From NCBI GenBank assembly GCA_040954595.2, contig CM082579.2, positions 15,972,550 through 16,036,549 of the forward strand: DNA of 64,000 nucleotides, given 5' to 3'. The notes under the pieces were generated by a model. It was not told where the DNA came from, did no database searches, and saw nothing but the letters and a program-made list of their open reading frames with translations. The stretch comes from Balanoglossus misakiensis (taxonomy: Eukaryota > Animalia > Hemichordata). Shown piece by piece: positions 14,037 to 26,218 of this stretch (the first letter of the stretch is position 1; each line of letters begins with the position of its first letter). A program made the translations under genes and the position numbers.

Positions 14037-14060
14037 CTCTGATTTTCTGAGCATGCGCAG

Positions 14061-16113
14061 TCACCACTGCAAACAGAACTTGTGGAGCGAAGTTGTAGTG
14101 AAGGTAAGAAAAGTTATGTTCGTTTGTCAAGTCTTTTCCGCTAGTTTCCTGCGAATTCACTGTCTCGTCTGTGTTATCTTTTTTTAAATAACTGTTTCCT
14201 AAACTCTTTTCGTGAAAAATTCTCTGGTTAGTTTACGTATTTCAGCCGATCATCCACAGAGAAGTTCTCAACTTGAAATGATTGCTGTTGATATGCTAAT
14301 ATGGCGCTCGCACGAAGTTAACTGAATGTCCATTTTGGGTGAGGGTCAGAGTTCGCTGGCTGGCTGTGTGGAAATCTTACTGGTACTCCTTGGAAAAGTG
14401 GCTGCAATTTGTAAACGGACAAAAAATTTTGTTCAGGAATTTAGTTTGGGAACAGAAAATAGTCAGTTCAGGGAGGTATAGGTCATTTTTTACTGTTCAA
14501 ATGTTAACCCAAGTTGGGTTCCTGTTGGGAGTCCATAGCTGTTTGTTTTATGAGCCTACAGATAGTGAAACTGATAGTGACACAGCTGAAAAAACATGGG
14601 TTGATCACATTATTGGTTGGTTTCTATGGACACCTGCATTTCAATTAGATGTGATGTTCTTGTTTTCATGTATAATGTTTGCCCCAATTTCGACTATGAT
14701 ATTTCACACTTGAATAAGGTATGATAAAATAAACAAATTTTGACAGTTAAGTTTACTACAGAAATTAAATTAAAAGAAACTTCATCAAGTCATAGAAGTC
14801 GCCAGATTTCATAACCGTTCATAGATTCCTGTCTGGGACAAATATAACCCAATTTGTTTCCATGTTTTTTGTTTTTCTAGTATTGATGCGATAAGCCTGT
14901 TGTATATGTAATACTTGTCTGTGCAATTTTTGAGAACAATTCACCACTGCAAACAGAACTTGTGGAGCGAAGTTGTAGTGAAGGTAAGAACAGTTATGTT
15001 CGTTTGTCAAGTCTTTTCCGCTAGTTTCCTGCGAATCCACTGTCTCGTCTGTGTTATCTTTTTTAATTTACTGTTTCCTAAACTCTTTTCGTGAACAAAT
15101 TCTCTGGTTAGTTTACGTATTTCAGCCGATCATCCACAGAGAAAGTTCTCAACTTGAAATGATTGCTATTGATATGCTAATATGGCGCTCGCACGAAGTT
15201 AACTGAATGTCCATTTTGGGTGAGGGTCAGAGTTCGCTGGCTGGCTGTGTGGAAATCTAACTGGTACTCCTTGGAAAAGTGGCTGCAATTTGTAAACGGA
15301 CAAGAAATTTTGTTCAGGAATTTAGTTTGGGAACAGAAAATAGTCAGTTCAGGGAGGTATAGGTCATTTTTTACTGTTCAAATGTTAACCCAAGTTGGGT
15401 TCCTGTTGGGAGTCCATAGCTGTTTGTTTTATGAGCCTACAGATAGTGAAACTGATAGTGACACAGCTGAAAAAACATGGGTTGATTACATTATTGGTTG
15501 GTTTCTATGGACACCTGCATTTCAATTAGATGTGGTGTTCTTGTTTTCATGTATAATGTTTGCACCTAAAGTGGTAAATTTAGGAACAAGTCTGCAGACC
15601 TTTTTCAGCAACAGTCAAAACGCAACTGTGTCATAATAATGCACTGGAATATGTTGAAAAGCTGAAAAAAAGAGAGTTCAACATAATTTAGAAAAGAACA
15701 AAAAGAAATGTAACGGATGATATACACTGTCATGGAATCTCCATGAATTTGATTGAACTCTTTATTTGAACTTTGACTTTTTTTTCTAATGACATTCATG
15801 TAAATTTACATGATTTATTCCGATTTACCAACCAATTTATAAACTGTAATTTTTTTCACTATAATGCCCCAAGTTCGACTATGATATTTCACATTTGAAT
15901 AAGGTATGATAAAATAAACAACTTTTGACAGTTAAGTTTACTACAGAAATTAAAAGAAACTTCATCAAGAAGTCGCCAGATTTCATAACCGTTCATAGAT
16001 TTCTGTCTGGGACAAATATAACCCAATTTGTTTCCATGTTTATTTGTTTTTCTAGTTTTGATGCAATAAGCCTGTTGTATATGTAATACTTGTCTGTGCA
16101 TTTTTTGAGAACA
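14061..16113 (+). repeat. Direct tandem duplication (880-bp copy 14061-14940; longer copy 14941-16113)
   Basis: TCACCACTGCAAACAGAAC starts both copies and TTTTGAGAACAAT ends both. The second copy has ~300 bp extra (~15565-15865). Each copy contains an AAG|GTAAGA splice donor. Confidence 0.93.
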
Positions 16114-16286
16114 ATTAGAATTTCCTACCAAAATGGTAATAAACTGATAAAATGAACAATCTAACAATTCAGATATTTTCCAATATAATTAGGATACAGT
16201 TAGGCCCTGAGCTATTCAGTTTGTGTCGATATACAACTAAACTGATACAATACTGGTGTTATACCTTTGTTACACTTGCAGACATC

Positions 16287-17573
16287 ATGTTACTGGCCCA
16301 AAAATTGCAAACTTGATATAGAAACCAAGACACTGTAGCAAATGATGTCATCCTTCGCTTCAGAGATGGTCAGACGAGAAGGGCCCATTCATTGGTGTTG
16401 TGTCTTTTTTCGGATGTGTTTGCCGCCCGTTTGCATTCGGAATGATCCAACGACAAAACCATTGATTGTTCTGACTTTGATCCCTTACTCATGCAAAATG
16501 TCATTGATGATTTTTATTTTGAAAAGTTAAATATTACAAGTGAAAATGTTGAAGATTATGTGGAGATATGTAACTTTTACATGATAAATTCTTTAAAAGA
16601 GAAATGTGAATCATTTTTAATTTCCAACATTGTAACTTCCCGCAGTATTAGAGACCTTGTATTTTGTCAGAAATACCAGTTAGATAGTACTTTTGAACAC
16701 TGTCTGTCAATAATTGATCAGAATGGTGTTAAACTGTTTAATTCTGAGCAAGTTTTGGAAGATTTTCTTCAACTTCCTGAAAGCATAGTTGTAAAAATAA
16801 TTCAGCGTCAGACGCTTTCGGTAAAGGAAGACACACTTTTGAATGCATTGTTTTTATGGGTGGAAAGGAAACTTCAGGGTGTCAATGGCAATGATATGGA
16901 TGCCCCCTTTTGTTTTGAGCCATTTCTTCCCCACATCCGTTTCTTGTCGTTAAGTGAAGAAAGTATTCATCGACTAATTTCTGAACAAATTTTGTGTTAT
17001 GAAGATGTCTTCCAGATATTAAAAGCAGTTCGACATCCTGGATGCAATTTTCCTGTTCCTGGTTATGTGGATGTAATCACAAGAAATGTGGTTCCAAATA
17101 ATGCCATTGTGGCGCGGCGTTTCATCAATGAAAAAAATCCAAACACATGGAAAGGAAACCAATTTGAGGGTGACAGGATTTCCTTTTCAGTGGATGTTCC
17201 TGTCTCACTGCTAGGTGTTTATGTGTTTGGAAATACAGATGAAAGTGTCCATGCTCATGTCACAATATTAAATCATCAACAAGCTGTTGTGTACAATACA
17301 GAAGCCTCAAACACTTCCCCCCAGATTACCTTTCCTGTTGTCTTCAGTAAGCTGATTAAAATCCAACCCAATGTAGATTATTCAGTTGTCTGTCAAATCA
17401 GAGGAAATAAAGAAACATCATTCGGGTCATGTGGGATCTCTCGCCGAAGAATCACAACATTAAAAAGTACTGATTTCTGGGTGACATTTAAAAATTTCAG
17501 TATGCAAGGTCTGAGCAATGGCACAGATGTCAGTCAGGGGCAAATCTCATCACTAATATTATTTGATATATAA
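16287..17573 (+). pseudogene. BTB-BACK-PHR protein (BTBD1/2/3/6-like Cullin-3 adaptor), intronless coding region with two in-frame TGA stops
   Basis: In frame upstream of ORF 16491: MLLAQKLQT*YRNQDTVANDVILRFRDGQTRRAHSLVLCLFSDVFAARLHSE*SND..., a BTB start with TGA at 16314 and 16443. BACK motifs: FLQLP...VKEDTLLNALFLWV...LPHIRF. PHR-like end: DRISFSVD..LLGVYVFG...NGTDVSQGQISSLIL. A splice acceptor TTGCAG ends at 16281. Confidence 0.88.
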
Positions 17574-17686
17574 ATAAAGGTGTTGTTTGGCAGGACATGG
17601 TGTATTGGTTTCTGGCACCCATCTTGACTGAAAGAATTTTGATGAAATCAATTTGTAATTCTTGAGGGATGATATGTGTTTTACCA

Positions 17687-18250
17687 GGTCCCATTTGGTA
17701 TATGCATATATACCATTGGAACCTTATGGGATTGGTTGCGTCTGTAATAGTATTTATCAGAAATTTCATTTGAGGGTGTGCATCAGATGTAGTTTCCTTG
17801 ATTTTGTTTTTCAAATCAAGGGGAAGAAATCAATTGTATATTTTTGGGATGATTTAGGACATTCTTGGTCAAAAAATATTTCTCAAAAGCCTCTACCCTG
17901 ATTGCTTTGAAATTTGCAGACCCTTTAATGAAAGTGTAGATTTCGTATTCTTGTGGCTGTTTTTTCCATTTTTGGTACAAAAATCAATTTCTCTGAAACG
18001 GGTTGTCCATCCAATTGCTTTGCAATTTACTAAATGTAGTTTCCTTTGGGGATTGTTATTATGATATATCAAAATTATAGTGAAAATGAAAATCTTGTAT
18101 TTTTGTATTATGTTTTCTAGGTTTCCATGTATTAGTTGATATCAGAAAGTTTTCAATTGATTTCTGTAAAATTTGAGTTGTGAGTCAACGGGATGTGCTC
18201 CTTTATAATTATAATGGGATCAAATCAAAGTAAAATTTGAATTGTTGTAT
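17687..18250. mobile_element. Degenerate non-autonomous Helentron-like (HINE) remnant; right end approximate
   Basis: Starts AGGTCCCATTTGGTATA..TATACCATTGGAACCTTATGGGATTGGTTG, homologous to the hairpin start of the element at 21214. Confidence 0.5.
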
Positions 18251-19390
18251 TTTATGACATTTTGTCTTATACATTTACCACAATTTTTTTTATCTCAAGC
18301 AGAAAAATATCCTGAACATTGTTCTTTGCAAGTTAGATGAAATCCCCTAATGAGTTTTTTTACACAGAAAATGTCTACATGTTTATATAACTTAGCCCAT
18401 CTGTCAAGAGACAGTTCTATTTGCTGTTCTATTTGGTGTGTGCACAGTACACATGCCATTGGCAGCTCACGAGTCAGTCAATGGCCAGTCAGTGTTTGCC
18501 TGTTGATCTGTGTGTGTGTATTCTGGTGAAAACCTTTCCTTCCGTAATCCTTAAACGGGACCACACTGTCCTTGACGGTATTTTTCTCTTTGATTCTGAA
18601 ATTGTCATGATAATTCCAGGCCCTTACACTATAGGCACTTTGCAAATGTTAGCAGCTGAGTTATCGAACCCTATCAAAATACCTAAACTGTTTCTTTTGC
18701 TACTTACAACATATGTCTGTGACAAATACTGCTTCATCATTTTATTATATAAATGCTCAATTGCAACACTGATTTGAGAGAAATGTATCTTGGCTTATTT
18801 TATAGTTCTGTAAATAATTTCCAAGTACATGTAGTACTGTTGACAAAATTTGATTAACTACTGCTTTATACTGTCATGGGCACCAACTCCGTCAATTATA
18901 TGTGATTGAACTGCCAGTATGAACTCTCATAAACCGCCACATTTCCACTCCACTATGACCAATTGATCTGAGTGAAACGGCGTCGCAATGAAATTTGGAC
19001 TGTCATAAGCCATATATCACATGTAAGCAATATGGATGATTTCAATGCTTCTTTATGCTTTGTATTGTGTAAAGCTCTGTTGTGTCAGCTAGTTTCTGGT
19101 TTGAGTCTAGTCATGGATTTCATTGTCAATACATGATGCGATTGCTGTTATCATAGAAAATAGAGTTCAAGTCAACAACAGCCTTTAAACATATGCATAC
19201 TGTGTCTTCTAGCAGAATACTTGGTGTATAAAAGCACTTTTGACAACTTGTATGGCATTTATATTCTACTGGGTGTATCAACTAATAGTTTGTTCTATTG
19301 GCGGCAGCATGTAGAAATGTTCAGTGTTGCCAGTAGGAGATGAGGTACAACAGATAGTTATTTTATGTTATGCTTTTAATATCATTTCAG

Positions 19391-22300
19391 ATGTATAAGA
19401 GAAAAGAAGACCTGACCAAAGGTAAATGTGAAATGTACTGTAAATGTAGGAAGATACTTTTTCCCTTGGAAATTTTGCACTCGTCAATTTGGATAATTCA
19501 CAAAAATTGTTTTCTAGAATTCGTATTTTTCAGCACAGTTGCTTTCTCACTTGATGCCTATGGAATATCCAACTCATTGAAAAAAGTGCAAGTGTTCAAA
19601 CAATTTAAGTAACACTTAATGTTTTTTATCCCTTGAAAGAGAGTCAAGAAGCATTGGGGCGACTAGCCGAACAGTTTCAGATGAAAGAGGCTGAAGTAAA
19701 ATCAAAGAGACTGAAGCGATCTGTTCCAAAGCCACCAGAACAACAGGTAGGAATTGCAATCCAAATGATACATACATGAAGAAAGATAAGAACTGCCTTT
19801 CTTGAAGTATTTTGGGAAGTTTTTAGTCCCCCCCCCCACCACTAACCTTTTTGTATTTTGTCTACACTTTTGTTTTCTTTCCATTCTACACCCAATAGCA
19901 TGATGAATTGCCCAGTACATGTATTTAATTTCTCATCATCTAATTTACAGACAAGGTAAACATTCTAGACACTGGTAATTTCATCATGCTTTAGGGAATA
20001 GAATAGAAGTGTAGAGTATACATACACAGGAAAGTATAGACCAAGGTTATGTACAGTTCAGCCTTTAAGCATTATACGTAATTGCTAGGAGTTATAACAC
20101 ATGTTTTCTTCATATCCATGCAATGTACAAGTCTTTTCCTTGTTAGTTATTTCCTGATTTTATGAAAATTTAAGTTTATATTCATGCCATTTTACATACA
20201 TTTATTAAAATTTTGATGTTTACCCTATTTTGTAACATTTTCATTCAGGTGTTTAATGTTACACCACTGATAAAAGACAGTAAAGGAGTTCTAAAGAAAA
20301 TGGGGGCAGTACTACCATCAGCTGTCGGCAGAAAAAGTCAGGTGGCCATTACCGTGGACAGTGGCTCAAATGCCATGCACTGGGCCCAGAGTGTATCGGC
20401 ACACTTCATCGACGTGGATTTTGTACCTTATGAGATGAATGACATAGGAGTGTTCATAAGGATGAAGGACCCAATGAATTTCCAATTAAAAGATCTGAAG
20501 GCAAAATACAAAAGTATGAAGGCGAAGACAGACAAGTTGCCAGTCTTCATGTTTGCAGTTGGGCAGAGTGAGTAAATCATGTCTATTTACATTGTCACAA
20601 GTTGTGTCAAGTATTTAACTGGATAAATTGAAAGGTTGTTTTTTTTCTTTGTGCCCGTTTCGTGTTGGATTATCCAGGTTAAAAAGTCATGGTAGTTTTT
20701 TATTATTCACTTGCTTCTTTTTAAACAAAAACAGACAAAAATAGAAGTGGCAGAACTTGTTTTGTTGGAAGAAAAGCGCCATTTCTGTCATTGTCACATG
20801 ACTGGGCAGACCCCATTATCCAGTGGGTATCATTGGCATGGTGGACTTTATGGTTGGTATATTCATGCTATCATGCAATTATGCAAAGCCTGGCATGAAC
20901 ATAACAAATTCAACAAATGCCATTTTAGACATGTATTTGCAAAATTGCAGGATAGTGGTACCTGTCTGGTCATGTGACAATGGCCCAAGTATGGGCACTT
21001 TTATTCCAACAATGCTACCTCCAAGTTCCACCACTTTGATTGTGTAAGTGCACAGGTGCATTATACTTGATTAACTTGATTATCTGACTCAAAGGTTGCA
21101 CTAAAAAAGTTTCAGCCTTGTCTATCAGTGACCCCTTAAGGCAAAGTCTCTCTCTGCTTCTTGCTGCTTTTTTACATTAATTATGTTTGATACAAGATAT
21201 TGTTTGTGTTATTAGGTCCCATTGGTATAGGCCTATATACCATGGGACCTTATGGGATGGGTTGTGTCTGTATGGATGTATGTATGTATGTCTGTATGTC
21301 CGTCCACATCAAAAACTTGAAAAACCGCTGCGCGTATCACCTTGATATTTGGTGTGCAGATGCAGGCAGGGCTGTAGATGGGAGTTTGTCCAAACGAAGT
21401 TGCCAGGCCCAAAAATATGCAAATTAGCCAGTAAAATGTGAAATTTATCAAAACTCTGAAAGTCAACAACTACTGCTCAGATTGCTTTAAAAATTGGTAT
21501 GCATGTACCTTATGTCAACCTCACATCGACCTGTAAGTGTTAAGTTAATATCATGGATGTTTTATTTTTTATGAATTTTTTAGTCTTTTTATTAAATTTA
21601 TACCTTTACTTATACCTCTATGGTTAAGCTATGTCCACGTCTTATTGTGGAGTTCTGGTCTGTGCAATAGTCCTGTACAGTGACTGTCTATTGGTCAGTG
21701 AGCACAATGGGGCCAAAATAAAAGGCAAATTTTTGGGCTCACCTGTAACACCTGCTTAACACATTAATTATGTGCATACCTAATTCCAGGCTAACCAATA
21801 AGGCTATAGGTTTGGTTTTTATTGAACATGGACCAGTATAAGGTCAAAATTTCTTGCCCAAATTTTGCATGACCTCAGGTGACCTTTGACCTACTTTATC
21901 ATATCTTGGCATCCAGAGCAGGTAGAGACTTCGCGTTTGGAGGGTTGGGACTAAAATTGAAAAGCCAAAATTGGGGGTCACCTGTGACACTTGCATATCT
22001 CATTAATTATGTGCATACCTAATTCCAGGCTAACCAATAGGGCTATAGGTTTGGTTTTTGTTGAACATGGACCAGTATAGGGTCAAAATTTTATGCCCAA
22101 ATTTTGCATGACCTCAGGTGACCTTTGACCTACTTTTCCATATCTTGGCATCCAGAGCAGATGTGCTTATTGCTATGTTGCTATGTTTTTACATGTAGAC
22201 ATACAGCGAATCAACATTCGACCACACACAACTTCCATTTCACTTGTATGATGATATGAGAATAAAAACTCGCCCCAAATGAAAAAATGGTAGAGGAATA

Positions 22301-24960
22301 TTATTCATTTTGGCGATGTTTTTTCACTCATGTCTTCAAGCCGAATGGAAGGTGTGTGTGGTTGAACGTTGATTCACTATATATCCACACATATAATAAC
22401 ATAAACGGTGTCTTGTATCAAACATAATTAATGGAAAAGGGGCAGCAAGAGAGAGACATTGTCCCTTTAATGACCTATTTTCCAGAGTAAATCTGTCCTT
22501 TTGTTATGTGTAGTCCCAGGTTAGAACTATGGTTTGTAGTTTCATTGCCAAAGGTTTAAGGATCCTCCTACGAGAACATCTGGTCTTTGTATAGTCAACA
22601 TTGAGAAATGATTTTAGTATGGACTAAAACTCAGTAGTAAATAATTAACAGTTTCTTTATGCATATGTGAGCTATGCTGATGTGCTTATCAATTTTCAGG
22701 GCATTTCTGTATTGTGTATTTTTTTTTTGTATTCCACAGCAAAACATTCTTTGAAAGCATCCTTTGTTAAAAAGAAGCTGCAACTGCAAGACAAAGAGTT
22801 CGAGCAGCAAGAGGAACCTGAACAAGAAATGGTCAAGGTATAATGGCATGAATATTTTAACATGTGAAATTTAGTCTGCCAGTGATGTCATGGTTTGTAA
22901 TACAGTGTGGCATACAGTATCTACTGGCGATGAATTGAAATCTTGACATTTCAACAAAATTTATGGGGAACAAAAAATATAGTTTAAGCACAAAACAGCA
23001 ACATTTTACAAAATCATAATTACAGCCAGATAGATATTTCATTTTTTTATTTTCTGTTATAGGGTACTGACAATGAAAAGTTAGTGTCCTGTGATCCTGT
23101 GTCCTGTGATCCTGTGTCCTGTGATGGTGTCAATGAAGATGTAGAAGTGATTGCGGTTGAAAATTCTGTTGACATAACAGTGGTGGAGGAGGTGGCAGCT
23201 TCATGTGAGGAATCCATGAAAGAATGTACTGCTGAACAGGCACTGAATTCAGAACAGGTTAGACATGATTAAGGTGGCACTGCATGAAACCGTCGAGACT
23301 TTTTCAGAGGCCTATTTCTCATCAAAGAAAAAGTTAAAACCCCCATAAACCATATATATTCTGGAAGCTGAGATTTTGAACTTTTGTTTGAGTTGCAAAT
23401 ATTATTGATCCCCGGAAATGGTGGCGATTTTGGGTGAAAAAAACATTTTTTTGATATTATGTCATGAAATTTAAAATAGGTAAAACAGTTGACCATGCAT
23501 CATGCATCTTAATATGTCATTCAAAACTAGAGTACACGTGCAAAAAAACGCTAATTTTGTTTTGCGTTATCTGCTTCCATTGAGGAGTAACAGCGTTTAA
23601 AAGTTAGATTTTCAGAAAATTTGATCAAATTCACGGTGAGTTGTATTGAATCAGAGTTTATTCCCGCCAGGGACACTTTATCGACAAACAAAACTAGCGT
23701 TTTGTTGGATGGGTCATACACAATTCCCTGTCAAAATTTGAGCAAATTCGGCCAACGCAGGGCGAAGCTATTTTAGTCCGAAATTGTCAAGAGCAGCGAA
23801 AATGCAAACTGAGAAAAACGGCTATTTGCATTGTTGACACCTATTTGTTAAGCTGTGAACTCATTCAGAAAAGTGCTATTTTGGGGTGATTATGCACCAT
23901 TTCCGCCAAGACGTATTAGTCAGGTTGTGGGTCAGTATTAGGCCTACCGATTTATGTAAAAAAGTAAAATTTGGCAAAAATCACAACTTTTCATGCAATG
24001 CCACCTTAATTAACTACTATAAATGATGGAGCAGGTTCTCCGAATAAATATTCGAATGATCAGGCACTTCTAGTCAATACCAATTGTATTTATTGGCAAA
24101 ATGTCTATTCTGCTACAGTAATACCTGTCGAAACTGAACACCAAAGTGACTGAAGAAATTATTCCATTTGCAAAGGTGTCTGGTTTATAGGGGTTCTTTT
24201 AACATGTGGTTCCATGTCAAAGGGACAGGAACATGTGTTCAATATAGATAGGTTTCAAGATTAGACAGGTTTTACTGCTGCATGAGGAAATATGGGGACA
24301 GTCAGAGCAGATATGATGGAAAATAACTCTGACTGGTATTTGCAAAGGTGTTGAAAGATTATGGAATGACTCTTAAACAAATGGGGCTTTCACATGTGAT
24401 GTTTAGGCCGCCCCTGGGGGATATTGATTAGTCTAAGGTATTAAATGGTATCAATATTAACGTTACAGGAAAGAGAGAAACAAGCTCAAAGGAAATTGCA
24501 GAGGAAAGATGTAAGTTTAGTCGAATTTTGATTCTGAGTCATACATTTGACTGGATTGGTTATACTCCTACACCAAAGTGACAGTTTGGGCAATGATGTT
24601 AATACTGGATTGAAACGTGTTGATTGTCTTTGTAGTTTTTGATAAATTCTTCATTTTTACATTTATAGGATAGTTTTTGATAAATTGTTAATTTTTAGGT
24701 CCAATGTCTAAAAATTTAAAGCTCAGAGGTGCATTCTACTAAATGTTTGTTTTGTACTTTCTCATCCACATACCTATTTCACGTTAGGCAAGGCAATCTC
24801 TTCCCTAGGAACCAGTTAGTCAGTGAATTGTCTGCTCAGGTTATGACACTCAATGTGTTTATTTCTTTACAGGCAGCACAGGCCAGAGCCGAAAATATAA
24901 GATTGCCCTTGATTAACGAAAGGAAAAGACAAATCTGCATCATGGTCCTTGATCCACAAT
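19391..24960 (+). CDS. Unknown multi-exon gene of the TIR element (charged/coiled-coil), 3' end truncated at the LINE
   Basis: Seven AG/GT-bounded exons join in phase with no stop: 19391-19421, 19640-19746, 20249-20567, 22740-22837, 23063-23257, 24469-24510 and 24873-~24960. Translation: MYKRKEDLTK/ESQEALGRL.../VFNVTPL.../TKHSLK.../GTDNEK.../EREKQAQRKLQRKD/AAQARAENIRLPLINERKRQICIMVLDPQ. Further upstream exons are possible. Confidence 0.72.
21140..22466. mobile_element. Old TTAA-flanked foldback MITE (Kolobok-like), left arm interrupted by a HINE
   Basis: TTAA at 21136-21139 and 22467-22470. CATTAATTATGTTTGATACAAGA (~21175) is inverted at ~22410-22433, and 22193-22390 is an imperfect palindrome. 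Confidence 0.7.
21214..22165. mobile_element. Non-autonomous Helentron-associated element (HINE/DINE-like); right end approximate
   Basis: Begins after TT with the hairpin GGTCCCATTGGTATA..TATACCATGGGACC, followed by a (TGTA/TGTC)n microsatellite. Two ~240-bp repeats (21718-22160) share GACCTCAGGTGACCTTTGACCTACTTT with the Helentron subterminal regions. Confidence 0.7.
23273..24005. mobile_element. Non-autonomous TTAA-specific DNA transposon (Kolobok-like), 733 bp, intronic
   Basis: TTAA|GGTGGCACTGCATGAAA ... TTTCATGCAATGCCACC|TTAA. The GG..CC ends favour Kolobok over piggyBac. Confidence 0.85.
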
Positions 24961-25887
24961 GGAGTCCCACAGGGATCAGTTTTGGGCCCAACCCTTTTCC
25001 TTATTTATATCAATGACCTTCCAAATTCTTCTACATTTTTTTATTTCCGTTTATTTGCTGACGACTCCAATCTCTTCCATTCCTTCTCAGGTGCAGATAG
25101 TATTAACTTGACTCATATATCCTCTTATTTAAATGATGTTCAGCAATGGTGCAATGCCAACAAACTAACAATTAATAGGGCCAAGACTCACTTTATTATT
25201 TTTAGGGGTCGGCAGAAAAAACTTAATGTTCTTGGGTCATTGCAAATCCAGAATGAAGAAATCAAAGAGGTTGATGTGATACCATTTGTTGGGGTTTTAT
25301 TGGATAAGCATCTGTCATGGTCACATCAAATTAACAAAATAAATAATCTCATTAGGAAGCACTGTGGAATTTTATACAAGATTAGAAATATTTTACCACT
25401 CCATATCAGAATTTTGTATTACAACGCCTTCATACTCCCCCATGTTACATATGGTCTTGAGGTTTGGGGCAATACTTACCCCACAAAGTTACGTTGTATC
25501 CAAGTTGCCCAAAAAACAATTGTACGTATAATGCTTTTCAAATCACACATGGACCATTCATCTCCTCTCTTTAATCAACTGAATATTTTGGATATTACCA
25601 AGCTTCACAGTTATTTGCTAGGTTCCTTCATTTATTATTTATATCACCAGAAATCTCCACATTCACTTTCAGATTATTTTAACACAACAAGTCATGAGCA
25701 TAATACCAGAATTTGGTTACATCACTATCTACGCCCGTTCCATGCAAAAACAAACTCAGGCCAGTTCTCGATATCACATACTGGAGCAAAAATCTGGAAC
25801 GATATTCCTCCACAAATTAAGTCTTCAAATACTTTATGCCAATTTCGTAGGACATTTAAACAACACCTCTTAAACCAGTACAAATGA
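24949..25887 (+). CDS. LINE reverse transcriptase, C-terminal fragment
   Basis: GVPQGSVLGPTLFLIYINDL, LFADDSNL (catalytic motif), WCNANKLTIN, and the terminal FRRTFKQHLL. Confidence 0.95.
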   Translation: MIHNGVPQGSVLGPTLFLIYINDLPNSSTFFYFRLFADDSNLFHSFSGADSINLTHISSYLNDVQQWCNANKLTINRAKTHFIIFRGRQKKLNVLGSLQIQNEEIKEVDVIPFVGVLLDKHLSWSHQINKINNLIRKHCGILYKIRNILPLHIRILYYNAFILPHVTYGLEVWGNTYPTKLRCIQVAQKTIVRIMLFKSHMDHSSPLFNQLNILDITKLHSYLLGSFIYYLYHQKSPHSLSDYFNTTSHEHNTRIWLHHYLRPFHAKTNSGQFSISHTGAKIWNDIPPQIKSSNTLCQFRRTFKQHLLNQYK

Positions 25888-26209
25888 ATTTGTAATTTTC
25901 TTGATGTAGTATGATGCTGTTTTGTTTGTTTGTTTGTGATTGTTGTTCCTTTCTTTTTTCCATTACCATTTGCAATGGATAACTTTACACTGTTGTAGTG
26001 AGATCGTACTTGAATCACGCTTCAAGCGTTCCCTCAACATTATCTTTTTTTTTCTGTAACCAAGCAAGCTATATTGTAGGAGTACAGGCTAGACTAGCTG
26101 TGGCTATTTCCTGACTCCATATTTACCCACCATTTGTATTTTTACCTATCATATGTACCCTTTAATTAATGGGTAAATAAAACATTATTATTATTATTAT
26201 TATTATTAT
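24955..26209 (+). mobile_element. 5'-truncated CR1-group (Crack/Daphne/L2-like) LINE
   Basis: RT C-terminal ORF, 3' UTR, AATAAA at 26176 and an (ATT)n tail at 26184-26209. No TSD was found. Confidence 0.92.
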
Positions 26210-26218
26210 ATAACTGAC

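Noticed and set aside
13695-14187. Overlapping repetitive ORFs in several frames
   Set aside because: They are translations of the 78-bp subterminal minisatellite.
14339-15636. Twin 124/138-aa ORFs (MRVRVRWLAV...)
   Set aside because: They start at GTG, show no recognisable domain and lie in the duplicated probable intron; the duplication explains the pair.
16314-16445. TGA codons as selenocysteine or an alternative genetic code
   Set aside because: The positions fit Leu and Trp codons hit by single substitutions; the LINE ORF ends in TGA and RepHel uses TGG for Trp; no SECIS was identified.
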